DNA of 64,000 nucleotides from Candidatus Nanopelagicales bacterium. Lineage in GTDB: Bacteria > Actinomycetota > Actinomycetes > S36-B12. Positions 1 to 11,533 of the stretch are shown in pieces (the stretch's first letter is position 1; every line of letters begins with the position of its first letter). The stretch covers positions 23,477 to 87,476 of the forward strand of contig JABAYF010000010.1 of assembly GCA_018609125.1 (NCBI GenBank), written 5' to 3'. A program made the translations under genes and the position numbers. The notes under the pieces are model-generated. The model was not told where the DNA came from. It worked only from the letters and a program-made list of their open reading frames with translations, and did no database searches.

Positions 1-210
1 GATATCGATTACTACCTTGACTCGGCCGAACCGTACGCGGTGGCGGGCGGGTTCACACTCGATGGTCTTGGAGCACCGTTTGTTGCGGGAGTATCTGGCG
101 ACCCGGGCAACGTGATTGGTGTTTCTTTACCGGCGGTCCGCCGGTTAGCGGCGGGCCTGGGCATAACGTGGGCGCAGTTCGTCGAGCGCGCGTCGGCTCA
201 TAGCGGCTAG
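1..210 (+). CDS. maf: Maf-family nucleoside triphosphate pyrophosphatase, 3' part (truncated by window edge)
   Basis: Frame 1 reads [44 protein letters not shown]...SG*, a typical Maf C-terminus; maf lies next to accE/accD5 in actinobacteria. Confidence 0.85.
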   Translation, partial: DIDYYLDSAEPYAVAGGFTLDGLGAPFVAGVSGDPGNVIGVSLPAVRRLAAGLGITWAQFVERASAHSG

Positions 211-434
211 CGGGGCAGTGAGGAGGCTTGCCAGGCGCTAGGCCCGGCGAATGTTCGCGACCGGATCTGGCGACCAGGCGAGTTCCACAAAGGTCGGGGT
301 TTGGGATTCGCGTCGGAAGGTCGCTGCTGGAACGAGAGCACGCTGAGTGCGCCGGTGACCGCGGCAATTTCCTCGTCGGTTGCACCGCCCCGCACGATGA
401 ACGAAGGCGCAGGTTCAGCCTGGGGCGTGCTCAC
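207..434 (-). CDS. Acyl-CoA carboxylase epsilon subunit
   Basis: 75 aa with [14 protein letters not shown] and W...GPSAWQAS motifs; overlaps the stop of the carboxyltransferase gene. Confidence 0.85.
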   Translation of the reverse strand: MSTPQAEPAPSFIVRGGATDEEIAAVTGALSVLSFQQRPSDANPKPRPLWNSPGRQIRSRTFAGPSAWQASSLPR

Positions 435-2017
435 AGCGGGATGTTTCCGTGTTTCTTGGGCGGCCGGTTGCTTCGCTTGCCGCGCAGGGCCCGCAGGGCT
501 CTGGTCACTTGGCTGCGGGTTTCGCTGGGTAGGATGACGCGATCGACATAACCGCGCTCAGCGGCGGTGTATGGATTGGCCAGGGTTGTTTCGTATTCGC
601 TGATGCGTTGTGCCCGAATAGCTTCAGGGTCATCAGCATTGGCGATGTCGTTGCGGTACAAGATGTTCACCGCACCCTGAGCTCCCATCACGGCGATCTG
701 GGCGGTGGGCCAGGCAAGGTTGACATCGGCACCTAGGTGCTTTGAGCCCATCACATCGTAGGCACCGCCATAAGCCTTACGCGTGATAACGGTCACCAAC
801 GGCACCGTGGCTTCAGCGTAAGCGTAGATGAGTTTTGCGCCGCGGCGAATGATGCCGTCCCACTCCTGATCGGTTCCGGGCAAAAACCCGGGAACGTCAA
901 CGAAGGTGAGTACCGGAATATTGAACGCGTCACATGTGCGTACGAACCTGGCCGCCTTTTCGGAGGCATCAATATTGAGGGTGCCGGCAAACTGCATGGG
1001 CTGGTTGGCGACCACTCCGACAGAGTGGCCTTCAACGCGGCCGAAACCACAAATGACGTTGGGTGCGAACAACGGTTGTGTTTCGCAGAATTCGCCATCA
1101 TCGAGCACATGTCCGATCACGACGTGCATGTCGTAGGGCTGATTGGGCGAGTCAGGAACGATCGTGTCGAGTTCTAGATCGGTTTCAGTGAGGTCGAGAT
1201 CTAACTCACCTCCGTAGACGGGAGCGGGATCTAAGTTATTGCTGGGTAGATAGGACAGCAGCGCGCGCGCGTAGTCGAATGCGTCGTTTTCGTCTTCAGC
1301 CATGTAGTGGGCGACACCGGATTTTGTGTTGTGGGAGCGCGCACCGCCGAGGTCCTCAAAGGCAACGTCCTCACCGGTCACTGTCTTGATGACATCGGGG
1401 CCGGTAATGAACATATGCGATGTCTTATCGACCATGATGGTGAAATCGGTAATGGCTGGGGAGTACACGGCGCCGCCCGCGCACGGGCCCATGATGAGGG
1501 AGATCTGCGGGATCACTCCGGAGGCTTGTACGTTTCGATAGAAAATTTCCCCGTACATGGCCAGCGAGGCGACTCCTTCTTGGATTCGGGCGCCCCCGGA
1601 GTCGTTAATGCCAATGACAGGACATCCGGTCTTTAGAGCAAGGTCCATGATTTTGACGACTTTCTCGCCGAAGACTTCCCCGAGGGATCCACCGAAGACG
1701 GTGAAGTCCTGTGCGAACACACACACGGGACGGCCATCAATGGTTCCGTATCCAGTGACGACTCCATCACCGTAGGGACGCTGGTCTGACATGCCAAAGT
1801 TGGTGGCCCGATGCCTGGCCAAGCCGTCAATCTGAGTGAAGGAGTCCGGGTCCAGGAGAGCTTCGATCCGCTCTATCGCGGTGAGTTTGCCCTTCGCGTG
1901 TTGTTTTTCAACAGCGCTGGAACGCCGATCGAGCGCCTGGGATCGGCGCCGCTGTAGGTCGGCGGCTTTCTCAGCCGTGGTGCGCGGATGATCAGGAACC
2001 CCAGAAGCCGAAGTCAC
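431..2017 (-). CDS. pccB: Propionyl/acyl-CoA carboxylase carboxyltransferase (beta) subunit
   Basis: [36 protein letters not shown] motifs; GTG at 2017 chosen because TACAGT lies 7 nt upstream. Confidence 0.95.
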   Translation of the reverse strand: MTSASGVPDHPRTTAEKAADLQRRRSQALDRRSSAVEKQHAKGKLTAIERIEALLDPDSFTQIDGLARHRATNFGMSDQRPYGDGVVTGYGTIDGRPVCVFAQDFTVFGGSLGEVFGEKVVKIMDLALKTGCPVIGINDSGGARIQEGVASLAMYGEIFYRNVQASGVIPQISLIMGPCAGGAVYSPAITDFTIMVDKTSHMFITGPDVIKTVTGEDVAFEDLGGARSHNTKSGVAHYMAEDENDAFDYARALLSYLPSNNLDPAPVYGGELDLDLTETDLELDTIVPDSPNQPYDMHVVIGHVLDDGEFCETQPLFAPNVICGFGRVEGHSVGVVANQPMQFAGTLNIDASEKAARFVRTCDAFNIPVLTFVDVPGFLPGTDQEWDGIIRRGAKLIYAYAEATVPLVTVITRKAYGGAYDVMGSKHLGADVNLAWPTAQIAVMGAQGAVNILYRNDIANADDPEAIRAQRISEYETTLANPYTAAERGYVDRVILPSETRSQVTRALRALRGKRSNRPPKKHGNIPL

Positions 2018-2066
2018 GCACCGTACTGTAGTGGGATGCCTTCCCATCGTGGTGCGAGTAGGTCGC

Positions 2067-2912
2067 GTGGCCGCTCAATCTGACCTTCCCGAGTTACTCG
2101 CGGCAGAGCCAGCCTGGTCGGGGTGGCCTCCGGTCATCATGCGCGACACGGTTGCCTCCACGATGGATGAAGTACGCACGCTGGCCGAGGAGGGCAGCCC
2201 GGAAGGCACCGTGGTGCTGGCGCGTGAGCAGCGTGCTGGGCGGGGGCGGCACGGCCGACGATGGGAGTCTGCTGCGGATCGGGGAGTGTGGCTGTCGGTA
2301 TTGCTGCGCCCCACCGCGAGCATTGAGCAGGTCGGACTCCTGCCACTCGTGGTCGGCCTTGCTGTTCGCGACAGTCTGGCCCAACGCTATGGAGTCAACG
2401 TCGTGGTCAAATGGCCCAACGACGTACTCGTGAGCAGTGTTCATTCCGGGGATGAATCCTGGCTGAAGGTCGCTGGTATTTTGGCGGAGGTGCTACCCGG
2501 TGGCGCGGTGGTGGTTGGTGTGGGTGTCAACATCGGGGACGCACACACCCTGCCGAGCACAGCAGCTTCATTGCGAGCTTCTTTGCTCGATGCGGCAGCC
2601 ACGCTGCCCGAACATGATGAGCGCGCGCGAACCCGGGTAGCGGCCGGTGTTCTGGCGGATATTGCTGCGTCGTATCGGAAATGGTGTACCGGAGACTGGG
2701 ACTTTTCGCGTTACCGAGAGAACTGCATCACGATCGGGCGGCAGGTCCACGTACAGCACCTCACCGATCCGTCCGGGCGGAGCCTCAGTGGCGAGCAGGG
2801 GTTAACCGCGGTGGCGGTAAACGATGCGGGGCAGTTAATTGTCCGAGACGTCAGCGGAGCCGAGCACACGGTGTCAGCCGGCGACGTGTCGTTGGCCCCG
2901 CCTTACGAGTAA
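2067..2912 (+). CDS. birA: Biotin--[acetyl-CoA-carboxylase] ligase
   Basis: [33 protein letters not shown] motifs; start uncertain (ORF open from 2031). Confidence 0.92.
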   Translation: MAAQSDLPELLAAEPAWSGWPPVIMRDTVASTMDEVRTLAEEGSPEGTVVLAREQRAGRGRHGRRWESAADRGVWLSVLLRPTASIEQVGLLPLVVGLAVRDSLAQRYGVNVVVKWPNDVLVSSVHSGDESWLKVAGILAEVLPGGAVVVGVGVNIGDAHTLPSTAASLRASLLDAAATLPEHDERARTRVAAGVLADIAASYRKWCTGDWDFSRYRENCITIGRQVHVQHLTDPSGRSLSGEQGLTAVAVNDAGQLIVRDVSGAEHTVSAGDVSLAPPYE

Positions 2913-2984
2913 TCGGGTGAGATCGGTCGTGATCGTCACCCGTGTTGTCCCGTTTTCGATCAGGTGTCGTGTCACCATAAGCGG

Positions 2985-3515
2985 GTGAACTATCCGACCC
3001 GACTGCTCTCCGACGATGAGTCCATTGACTGGGAATGTCGACCGCATTGGCGGGGCCTCATCGTGCCGGTCTTGCTGCTCCTTGTTCTTGCTTTCGCTGG
3101 CACCTGGGCGTTTGTCAGCTGGGGGGCTTGGTTCTCCGGTCCGCTGGGCTCGGTTGGCCGCTGGGTCATCCTTGGCGTTGGCGTCCTCATCTTCATCGTG
3201 ATGGTTCTGCGCCCGTTTCTGCACTGGTTTTCCTCGCAGTACGTTATTACTAATCGCCGCATCATCGTGCGTAGTGGCATGCTGGCCAAGTCTGGACGCG
3301 TGATGCCGCTGGGAAAGATCAACAAGGTTTTCTTCAACGTTTCCATTTTGGGGCGCCTACTCAATTACGGTCGCCTCGACGTGGAATCGGCGAGCGATGA
3401 CAACCTGATTATTCGCGATGTGCCCGACGTAGAGATCGTTCAGCAGCGACTGTCTCGGCTGCAAGAGGCCGATGAGGACCGCCGCCGCCCGCCCCAGTTT
3501 CCCGCGTCGGATTGA
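2985..3515 (+). CDS. Bacterial PH-domain (bPH_2) membrane protein
   Basis: RPHW motif, two TM segments, YVITNRRIIVRSG...LGRLLNYG; usual position next to birA. Confidence 0.85.
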   Translation: MNYPTRLLSDDESIDWECRPHWRGLIVPVLLLLVLAFAGTWAFVSWGAWFSGPLGSVGRWVILGVGVLIFIVMVLRPFLHWFSSQYVITNRRIIVRSGMLAKSGRVMPLGKINKVFFNVSILGRLLNYGRLDVESASDDNLIIRDVPDVEIVQQRLSRLQEADEDRRRPPQFPASD

Positions 3516-3537
3516 CCGCTCCTGTTGCGCCGATCAG

Positions 3538-4077
3538 TTAAATCGGAGCGCTTGCGTCCCGTTCGGCCAGTTCGTGTTCGGCCGAGTCGCTTTCCGGGAT
3601 CGCCGGAAAGACCCAGCGTCGATATGACCAGAATCGAAACAAGGTACCAAGCCCAAGCCCCACCACATTGGCGCTGATGTTGTCAGCCAGTGCGCCGGTG
3701 AGCCCGAGTGCATAGTGGGAGAACCACAAGCAAGCCAACGCGATCATTAGGGCAACACCATTGAGCAGGAAGAACATCAGGTATTCGCGCCCCATGTTGG
3801 TGCGGCCGCGATGTCGAAAGGTCCAGTAACGGTTCCCGAAGTAGGCCACCGTCGTAGCGGCAACAACGCTAATGACTTTTGCGCTGAGTGGACGGTCATA
3901 AAACCAAGCGTCGGGGCCACCGCCGAAACGCAGCAGGTTGAACAGACCAATGTCGACGATGAAGGCGACAAGGCCCACCATCCCGAATTTGGCGATTTCC
4001 CGGTAGAGCGAACTCACTGTGCCCGTGATCAACACGTGAACGCGTTGGAAGACAGACGCAGGCGCGGGAGCGGACAC
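3538..4077 (-). CDS. GtrA-family membrane protein
   Basis: KFGMVG, YFGNRYWTF, FRFWSYRRWVF motifs; four TM segments. Confidence 0.9.
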   Translation of the reverse strand: MSAPAPASVFQRVHVLITGTVSSLYREIAKFGMVGLVAFIVDIGLFNLLRFGGGPDAWFYDRPLSAKVISVVAATTVAYFGNRYWTFRHRGRTNMGREYLMFFLLNGVALMIALACLWFSHYALGLTGALADNISANVVGLGLGTLFRFWSYRRWVFPAIPESDSAEHELAERDASAPI

Positions 4078-4144
4078 GTACGAATAGTACCTGTTTGTCC
4101 GTGTGGTTGATTCATCAAAGCGGGGTCAACCCTAGGATTGGCCG

Positions 4145-5311
4145 GTGACGACCCGCATTCCCGGTTTAGCCGTGGGCATGGTTGGTGGCGGCCAGTTGGC
4201 GCGCATGAGCGCCGGACCGGCAACAGCGCTGGGCATTGACTTCGCGGTCCTGGCTGCGAGTGCGCATGATTGTGCCGCTGCGGTGGTTCGCCATACTTTG
4301 ATCGGCGCCCACGATGACCCGCGAGCTCTGGCTGCTCTCGCCGAGGGTGGCCGGGTAGTGACCTTCGACCACGAACATGTGCCCACGGACTATCTCCGCG
4401 AGTTACAACAGGCAGGCGTGCTGGTTCGCCCGGGTCCGGACGCACTCGCTCATGCTCAGGACAAGGCCTTGATGCGGCGGGCGATAACCGATCTTGGGCT
4501 GCCATCGCCGGCCTGGGCAGTAGTAGGTCAGCCACACGAGGTTGCCGCGTTCGGTGACGAGCATGGTTGGCCGGTTGTGCTGAAGGTGTCCAGGGGCGGC
4601 TATGACGGGCGTGGTGTGTGGATGGTGGAGTCTGTCGCCAACGCCGAATCGGTGATGGCTGACGTGTCACCGATTCCGGGAGCGGTGTGGTTGGTCGAGG
4701 AGTTCTTGCGCTTCGATTGTGAAATTGCTGCGCAGGTGGCCAGGTCCCCGCAGGGTCAGGCCGTGGCCTACCCCGTGGTGCAGACGCGACAGATTGCCGG
4801 GATGTGCGCAGAGGTGATCGCTCCCGCGCCAGATCTCAGCGATGACCAAGCTATTGCCGCGGTTGAGATGGCACTGATCATTGCCCGAGAACTCAATGTG
4901 ATCGGCATGTTGGCCGTGGAGATGTTCGTAGTTGACGGTGCCCTGTTCATTAATGAACTAGCCATGCGGCCGCATAACTCCGGGCACTGGAGCATTGACG
5001 GTGCGCGCACCAGCCAGTTTGAAAATCACCTGCGTGCCGTGTTGGACCTGCCGCTGGGTGATCCGCGCATGACCGCCTCACACGCGGTCATGGTGAATGT
5101 GGTCGGACCGCCTCAGCCGGTGCCACCTCTCCAGGATGCTTTTCGCCATGTCCTGGCACGTGACCCCGGGTTGCGTATTCATCTCTACGGCAAAGAGATC
5201 CGACCGGCCCGCAAACTCGGTCACGTCACCGTGGTTGGCCAGGATCTGCCAGAGTTGCTCCATCGGGCACATCACGCCGCGGACTACATGATGGGAATTG
5301 TCGATGAGTAA
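4145..5311 (+). CDS. purK: N5-carboxyaminoimidazole ribonucleotide synthase
   Basis: [41 protein letters not shown]. Confidence 0.96.
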   Translation: MTTRIPGLAVGMVGGGQLARMSAGPATALGIDFAVLAASAHDCAAAVVRHTLIGAHDDPRALAALAEGGRVVTFDHEHVPTDYLRELQQAGVLVRPGPDALAHAQDKALMRRAITDLGLPSPAWAVVGQPHEVAAFGDEHGWPVVLKVSRGGYDGRGVWMVESVANAESVMADVSPIPGAVWLVEEFLRFDCEIAAQVARSPQGQAVAYPVVQTRQIAGMCAEVIAPAPDLSDDQAIAAVEMALIIARELNVIGMLAVEMFVVDGALFINELAMRPHNSGHWSIDGARTSQFENHLRAVLDLPLGDPRMTASHAVMVNVVGPPQPVPPLQDAFRHVLARDPGLRIHLYGKEIRPARKLGHVTVVGQDLPELLHRAHHAADYMMGIVDE

Positions 5312-5831
5312 CACTGTGGGGCCGGCACCTACCAGTGATGTGTCCGCTCGCGTCGGGATCATCATGGGCAGTGACTCTGATTGGCCGGTGATGGCCGAGG
5401 CCGCGGCAGCATGCGACGAACTAGGCATCGGTGTGTCAACCGATGTTGTATCGGCACATCGGATGCCCGAAGAGATGATGGAGTACGCCCAAACAGCCCG
5501 CGCCCGTGGCCTCGAGGTCATTATTGCCGGAGCCGGTGGTGCGGCTCATCTGCCAGGCATGGTGGCTGCGATGACGACCCTTCCGGTGATTGGTGTTCCA
5601 GTGCCGCTGCCACCCCTTGATGGAATGGATTCACTGCTATCTATCGTGCAGATGCCCACCGGTGTTCCGGTGGCCACGGTCGCCATCGGGAATGCCCGCA
5701 ATGCTGGTCTGTTGGCGGGGCGAATTCTTGGTATCGCAGACCAAGACGTAGCCAAGCGGCTGGAAAAACTGCGTGACGAGATGAATCGGGCTGCTCAAGC
5801 CAAAGGAGAACGCGTACGTTCGCGTGAGTGA
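5298..5831 (+). CDS. purE: N5-carboxyaminoimidazole ribonucleotide mutase
   Basis: [30 protein letters not shown]; overlaps the purK end. Confidence 0.97.
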   Translation: MSMSNTVGPAPTSDVSARVGIIMGSDSDWPVMAEAAAACDELGIGVSTDVVSAHRMPEEMMEYAQTARARGLEVIIAGAGGAAHLPGMVAAMTTLPVIGVPVPLPPLDGMDSLLSIVQMPTGVPVATVAIGNARNAGLLAGRILGIADQDVAKRLEKLRDEMNRAAQAKGERVRSRE

Positions 5832-5856
5832 GTCTGTGTGATGTTGGTCTTTGCCA

Positions 5857-6390
5857 TCACGATTCCTTGCGTAGTTCCTCAATGCGGCGGCGAAGTGCCA
5901 GGCGGCTCTCTCTCCGCAACTGCGCCTCTCTAAACCGGCGCTGCTCGTCGGGGGTTTGCGCATGCACCGGATTTACCTTCATCGGCCGCCCATCGGCATC
6001 AATGGCAACAAAAACAAGGTAGGCGCTGCCCACGTGAATGTGATCGACGCTGCCACTTCGCTGCGCCTCCACGCGAACACCGACCTCCAGTGAGGTGTTG
6101 CCTGTCCAATTAACCGAAGCCTTTGTAATCAAGATATCGCTCAGGCGCACCGGCTCGAGGAAAGCCATCTCGTCCATGAAGGCGGTAACGGCAGGGCCAC
6201 CACAGTGCCGGGCGGCGCAGGTGCCTCCGGTGGTGTCAACGGCGCGCAAGATAACTCCACCGTGGACGTTTCCCAGATTGTTAGCGTCCATGACCTCCAT
6301 GACTCTTGCGAGGGTCACCTGGGAATCGGCCACGTTGTGGGCGCCGTTGCGGTTAGGGGAAGTCATAGCGTTGAGCCTACTGATCAGCAT
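5857..6390 (-). CDS. Hot-dog-fold acyl-CoA thioesterase
   Basis: DANNLGNVHGG, VNWTGNTSLEVGVRV, AYLVFVAID; real start probably ATG 6390 or 6366 rather than 6669. Confidence 0.88.
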   Translation of the reverse strand: MLISRLNAMTSPNRNGAHNVADSQVTLARVMEVMDANNLGNVHGGVILRAVDTTGGTCAARHCGGPAVTAFMDEMAFLEPVRLSDILITKASVNWTGNTSLEVGVRVEAQRSGSVDHIHVGSAYLVFVAIDADGRPMKVNPVHAQTPDEQRRFREAQLRRESRLALRRRIEELRKES

Positions 6391-6408
6391 CGGTACTACC
6401 CTGCACAC

Positions 6409-7725
6409 ATGCGATTGAGCGTTATCGGCACCGGCTACCTGGGTGCAACCCACGCCGCCTGCATGGCGAGTCTGGGTCATGAAGTGATCGGCGTGGATAC
6501 CGATGCGCAGAAGGTAACGATGTTGAACTCCGGGGTCGTGCCCTTTTTTGAACCCGGTCTGCCAGAGGTGCTGCAGGAACAGCTCGCATCCGGGCGGCTG
6601 CGTTTTGACACCGACTTTGCTGGGGTCGCTGATGCTGATGTGCACTTCATTTGCGTGGGTACCCCGCAAAAGCCCAGTGCGTACGGGGCCGATCTCACCC
6701 AGGTGTGGGCTGCCACCGATGCTCTCGCCGCGCAGTTGTCCCGGCCAACTCTCGTGGTGGGAAAGTCAACAGTGCCGGTCGGCACTGCCGATGCGATGCT
6801 GCATCGGCTACGCCAAAATGCGCCGGCCGGTGCTGGAATCGACCTGGCGTGGAATCCTGAATTTTTACGCGAGGGTCATGCTGTGCAAGACACTCTCGCA
6901 CCCGATCGGTTGGTGGTGGGCCTGACTCGCCCCGAAGATGAGGCGACACTGCGTAGGGTCTACGCCGATCTGCTCGACCGAGATGTGCCATGGCTGACCA
7001 CGGACTTGGCAACAGCAGAGTTGGTCAAGGTGTCGGCAAATGCATTCTTGGCCACCAAGATTTCGTTTATCAACGCGATGGCCGAGGTATGTGAGGCGAC
7101 CGGAGCCGATGTGGTGACGCTGTCCACCGCACTGGGTATGGATCCTCGTATTGGAAACCAGTTTCTCAAGGCGGGGCTCGGTTTCGGCGGTGGATGTTTG
7201 CCCAAGGACATTCGTGCGTTCATGGCACGAGCGGGTGAACTCGGGGTTGACCAAGCGCTCACTTTCTTACGCGAGGTAGATGAGATTAACCTGCGCCGAC
7301 GCTCGCGAGCGGTCGATTTAGCCCGTGAGGCTGTGGGTGGCAGTTTCGTTGATCAACAGGTGGCGGTGTGGGGTGCTGCCTTTAAACCCAACAGTGATGA
7401 CGTGCGCGACTCTCCCGCCCTTGACGTCGCCGCAGCGATCTATACCGAGGGTGCTGAGGTAACGGTTCACGATCCGCAAGCGATGGGCAATGCCAAGAAG
7501 TCATTCCCTCACTTGTTCTATGCGAGTTCGGCCATCGAGGCAGTCCAGGGCGCTGATGTGCTGTTACTGCTGACTGAATGGCCGGAGTACCAGGATGTCG
7601 ATCCCCATGTTGCGGGAGACTTGATGCGGAAACTGCAGGTTATTGACGCGCGCAATGCGTTAGATCCGCACAGTTGGCGCTCAGCTGGGTTTCGGTACCG
7701 AGGGCTTGGCCGTCCGTTGGCTTGA
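6409..7725 (+). CDS. ugd: UDP-glucose 6-dehydrogenase
   Basis: IGTGYLG, KSTVPVGT, NPEFLREG, GFGGGCLPKD; ATG 6409 is 6 nt after TACCCT. Confidence 0.95.
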   Translation: MRLSVIGTGYLGATHAACMASLGHEVIGVDTDAQKVTMLNSGVVPFFEPGLPEVLQEQLASGRLRFDTDFAGVADADVHFICVGTPQKPSAYGADLTQVWAATDALAAQLSRPTLVVGKSTVPVGTADAMLHRLRQNAPAGAGIDLAWNPEFLREGHAVQDTLAPDRLVVGLTRPEDEATLRRVYADLLDRDVPWLTTDLATAELVKVSANAFLATKISFINAMAEVCEATGADVVTLSTALGMDPRIGNQFLKAGLGFGGGCLPKDIRAFMARAGELGVDQALTFLREVDEINLRRRSRAVDLAREAVGGSFVDQQVAVWGAAFKPNSDDVRDSPALDVAAAIYTEGAEVTVHDPQAMGNAKKSFPHLFYASSAIEAVQGADVLLLLTEWPEYQDVDPHVAGDLMRKLQVIDARNALDPHSWRSAGFRYRGLGRPLA

Positions 7726-7740
7726 GGGGAGTTCGGGGTC

Positions 7741-8772
7741 CTAGGCCCCGCGCAAAAAACCTGCCCCCCAGGCGCCGTGCATGGTGGCGAGCACGATCGG
7801 TAAACGGTGGCGGACCGCAGGCGAAAGATGTCGGCCGATGATGAGGCTGGCCGCAATATTGCCCGACGCGTAGCCCAGCGGAACCAGCGATGCCACACCA
7901 GCGATCCGCGGATGACCGCTTGCGGCCGCGGCTATGGTGATCGCGGAGGCGACAGTGACCGCCAACACCGTGGCCGGTGGTGCGAGGTAGCGAGGTGACA
8001 CCGTTTCTGGGTGCCGTCGTGTTACTTCACGGCGCCAGCGACCGTACTGCCAGTACTGGCGAGCCAGGCTGTTGATGGAACCTCGCGGCCGATAGGTGAC
8101 CTCTAGATCGGGGGTAAACCAGATCAATCCACCCTGGGCGCGAATGCGATGGTTGAGTTCCCAGTCCTGAGCTCGGACCATTGTTTCGTCGAATCCGCCA
8201 GCTTTCTCGATCGCTGAGCGTTGAAAAACGCCGAGGTACACGGTGAGTGCTGGCCCAGCCTGTCCACCGATATGGAATGCTGCACCGCCCACGCCAAACC
8301 AGGAGCGCATCGCGGCGGCTACCGCCTGTTCGAAGTCGGTTTCGCCCTCGGCGGCCATCACTCCGCCCACGTTGGCTGCCTTTGTTTCATATAGCGCTCG
8401 CCAGGCGACGGCCAGATAGTTCTGCGGTATGAGTGCGTGGCCGTCCACACGGGCGATGACGGAGAATCGGGCGTTGCGGATGGCGGCATTGAGCCCGGCT
8501 GCGGTACGCCCGGTGGGGTTGGCAACGAGGGTCACTCGGGCATCAGCAGCGGCGATCTCAGCCGCCAGGGCACTGGTGCCATCCGTGGAGGGCCCCAGTG
8601 CTAGGACCACCTGGAGTGGGCCGCCGTAGGTGCTGCTGAGCACCCGGTCCACGACGGTGCGCAGGTAGCGCTGCTCATTGAGTACCGGGATCACCACAGA
8701 AATCCCGGGCGGAGCACAGGGTTCGGGCAGGTCGGTTCGACCGGCGTCATCGGCAGTTTCGAACTGGGTCAC
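7741..8772 (-). CDS. Family 2 glycosyltransferase
   Basis: SVVIPVLNE, RVDGH, GGFDE, QDWELN, QYWQYGRWR; C-terminal TM helices. Confidence 0.9.
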   Translation of the reverse strand: MTQFETADDAGRTDLPEPCAPPGISVVIPVLNEQRYLRTVVDRVLSSTYGGPLQVVLALGPSTDGTSALAAEIAAADARVTLVANPTGRTAAGLNAAIRNARFSVIARVDGHALIPQNYLAVAWRALYETKAANVGGVMAAEGETDFEQAVAAAMRSWFGVGGAAFHIGGQAGPALTVYLGVFQRSAIEKAGGFDETMVRAQDWELNHRIRAQGGLIWFTPDLEVTYRPRGSINSLARQYWQYGRWRREVTRRHPETVSPRYLAPPATVLAVTVASAITIAAAASGHPRIAGVASLVPLGYASGNIAASLIIGRHLSPAVRHRLPIVLATMHGAWGAGFLRGA

Positions 8773-8796
8773 GACAAGTCAGGGTAGCCTCCACGC

Positions 8797-9834
8797 GTGA
8801 GATCTCGTTTAGGCCTCGTTTCTGGCCTGGTTGCTGGTGGCTTGCTCGGGGCAGTTATCGGCCTCGGGGTGAGCGTCGAAACATCACGCCCACCGATGGT
8901 GATCGCTGCCGCTCTCCTCGGTGCCCTGGTGCTGGGCGCCCTCGGCCAAATCGCCCAGTGGGTCCGGGCAGCAGCGGGAAGCACGCGACGCCTGGAATAC
9001 GCCCACGCGCGAGCAGTAGACGCCCAGGGTCAGCATCGGCGGCGACTTGACGAAGTCCACAACCGGCTAGGGCGCACCGATCGTGACCTGACCAAGAGAC
9101 TCGATACCGTGACCGAACAGGTCACCCGTCTCGGCGAGCATGTCAGCCATCAGCCAGCCGACATCGGGCGCCAGACTCGTCAAATCGTGGATGACCAGGT
9201 GGCCCTACTGCAGGCTCATTCACAATTGCAGCGGCTGGTGTCGATGAATCAGGTGATGCCGCGCCCGGGCACCTGGGCTGCTTCGGAGGACCTGCTGTTG
9301 TATCTGGTCGGCCACGTCCTACGTGAACAGCCAGCATTGATTGTTGATCTTGGGAGCGGGCAATCCAGTGTGTGGATGGCGGCTGCGCTGCGTCAGTCAG
9401 GTTCGAACGGGCGCGTGGTTGCCATTGATCATGACCTGAACTATGCAGAGCAAACGCGCGAACTCGCCGCGGCACATGGCCTTAGTCGTTGGCTGGATGT
9501 GCGGGTAGCCCCGTTGCAGGAGACACAGATTGAGGGTCAGACCTACACCTGGTACGACCGGTCGCTCATGACTGATCTGCACAACATCGGGCTGCTCAGC
9601 GTTGATGGCCCACCCGGTCAGGGTGGCAAGAATGCGCGTTGGCCAGCCCTCCCGCTGCTTCAAGCGCAGATGGCCACCGATGGCGTGGTTGTGATGGACG
9701 ACATGGTGCGCAATGACGAACAGGCCATCGTGGCCGACTGGCTCACCCGTTTTCCCCAGTGGCAGGTCACGAACCTGCATTTTGAAAAGGGAGCAGCGGC
9801 CTTGCGCCGAGTAGATTCAGGCCGCGCGAGTTAG
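8797..9834 (+). CDS. Membrane-anchored class I SAM-dependent methyltransferase (Methyltransf_24-like)
   Basis: Two N-terminal TM segments, a charged helical linker, then IVDLGSGQSS, IDHD, VDGPPG, MDD motifs. Confidence 0.8.
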   Translation: MRSRLGLVSGLVAGGLLGAVIGLGVSVETSRPPMVIAAALLGALVLGALGQIAQWVRAAAGSTRRLEYAHARAVDAQGQHRRRLDEVHNRLGRTDRDLTKRLDTVTEQVTRLGEHVSHQPADIGRQTRQIVDDQVALLQAHSQLQRLVSMNQVMPRPGTWAASEDLLLYLVGHVLREQPALIVDLGSGQSSVWMAAALRQSGSNGRVVAIDHDLNYAEQTRELAAAHGLSRWLDVRVAPLQETQIEGQTYTWYDRSLMTDLHNIGLLSVDGPPGQGGKNARWPALPLLQAQMATDGVVVMDDMVRNDEQAIVADWLTRFPQWQVTNLHFEKGAAALRRVDSGRAS

Positions 9835-11324
9835 TTGCAGCGCACGGTATTCGCCGTGGTCGGATCGGTGATTTGGTCGGCCTGGTCTGCCGCTGGGGTT
9901 TCCGATGCGGTGGTATCCGACGGATTAGAGTTCGTCGGTGGCGTGAACGGGTTAAGGCTGGAAAAGTCAGCACCGATGACGATGGTGATCGCTGATCCGT
10001 TGATATCTTCAACGGCGATTGAACCGGGCAGTGCCGATGCCATTGCTTCACCGATGGCCTGTTGGCCGCTGGGATATCGGATCTCGGTTACGGTGTAATC
10101 GGAGCGATCGGCATCGGCAATATTGACCACCGTGAAACCCTGATCTGCCAGCACCGCGCCCAACTGACCGGCTCGACCGGCCACGCCACTGCCGTTGAGA
10201 ACCGCGATGCTGATGTCTGCTGGGTTGATGAGCCCATTGGCGTCACCACCACTTTGCGCATCGGTAGATTTCTTGGTCTTGATCCATGGTTCATCGTTGG
10301 CGATGGACGCCCAGAGTGCTGCAGAGCGTTCAACATCCATCAACACATTCGCACCATCACCCCTCTCAACCCAGGGCATCGTTAAGAAGGTGATGTCTTC
10401 AGGGCGAACTCCGCGCGTGCTCAACACGGTGTCTTGCAGGACATCGCGTTGGGCCAAGCCCGGATCAGTGGTCAGCGAGGAGGTAGCAGAATCCAGAACT
10501 GAATACAGTTTCACCGGATTAAGAAGCAGGTCAGTGTCGGTGGCCTTGCGGATCATGGAAGAAAGGAACGCCTGCTGCCGTTTGATGCGGGACAGATCGG
10601 AACCATCGCTGAGTGTTTTGCGAGCACGCACGAACGCCAATGCTTCCTCGCCGTTGACAACGCTGGTTCCGGCCGGTAGCACAAGTTTGCTCTGCGGATC
10701 GTTGACAGCTTCGGTCAGGCAAACCTCAACGCCACCGAGTGAATCAACAACCTGCTTAAAGCCAGCGAAGTCAATGACGGCGAAGTGATCAATTTCGAGT
10801 CCGGTCATTTCCTCAACAAGCTTTTGGGTGCAACCGGGGCCGCCGATTTCGAAGGCGATGTTGAATTTGTCTTCGAAACCTCCGGCCATTTCACCGGACC
10901 CCGTGCGGGGGCATTGCGGAATGGTGACCCAGGTGTCGCGCGGAATGCTCACGGCAGTGGCGAAACTGCGATCAGCACCGACGTGGAGCAGGATCGTGGT
11001 GTCAGAACGTTCCCCGGTGTAGATCGATGGGTCGCCGTAGCCCCCATCGTTATCGCCCTGCCGACTGTCAGAGCCCATAAGCAATATCGTCATTGGCTTG
11101 TAATTGCCGGCTTCGTCCACCACGGAGGTGTTAGGAGCGCGACCGATGACTTCGGACACGTCAACGGTGTCAATATTTTCTTGTAGATTGCCATAGACAT
11201 AGTCCATGCCCGCACCGATCAATGCCGTTGATACCACCGCGAGCGCTGAAATACCCGCGATGAGTTTGGGCCAGCGTGTTGGCTGGGACGGTTCGGTGCT
11301 CGTGCTCAACGTCACATCCTCCAA
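9831..11324 (-). CDS. LCP (LytR-CpsA-Psr) glycopolymer transferase with LytR_C domain
   Basis: LLMGSDSR, RSDT, SIPRD, VRARK..DGSDLSRIKRQ, C-terminal VLNGSGVAGRA; start may be a few codons downstream. Confidence 0.92.
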   Translation of the reverse strand: MEDVTLSTSTEPSQPTRWPKLIAGISALAVVSTALIGAGMDYVYGNLQENIDTVDVSEVIGRAPNTSVVDEAGNYKPMTILLMGSDSRQGDNDGGYGDPSIYTGERSDTTILLHVGADRSFATAVSIPRDTWVTIPQCPRTGSGEMAGGFEDKFNIAFEIGGPGCTQKLVEEMTGLEIDHFAVIDFAGFKQVVDSLGGVEVCLTEAVNDPQSKLVLPAGTSVVNGEEALAFVRARKTLSDGSDLSRIKRQQAFLSSMIRKATDTDLLLNPVKLYSVLDSATSSLTTDPGLAQRDVLQDTVLSTRGVRPEDITFLTMPWVERGDGANVLMDVERSAALWASIANDEPWIKTKKSTDAQSGGDANGLINPADISIAVLNGSGVAGRAGQLGAVLADQGFTVVNIADADRSDYTVTEIRYPSGQQAIGEAMASALPGSIAVEDINGSAITIVIGADFSSLNPFTPPTNSNPSDTTASETPAADQADQITDPTTANTVRCN

Positions 11325-11533
11325 GCAGGGCCGAAGGGTCTACTTCGGCGAGACGATCGTAGGACGTTAGGAGATCGTGTGGCGTTCCCGTAGCTGCGTG
11401 TCTTCGGCCGGGCTCGTTCTGCTGAGGTTTGCTTGAAGTTTTCGCCACCCTTCCTGGGAATGTGATGGGAGTGTCGGATGTGACGCGTGAGTCGGCTTGA
11501 CACGCTAGGGGAGGGGGGAGGCACCCTCACTAC

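Noticed and set aside
11325-11533. c-di-AMP (ydaO) riboswitch before the wall hydrolase
   Set aside because: Consensus blocks not found; only a short GCCGAAG/CTTCGGC hairpin
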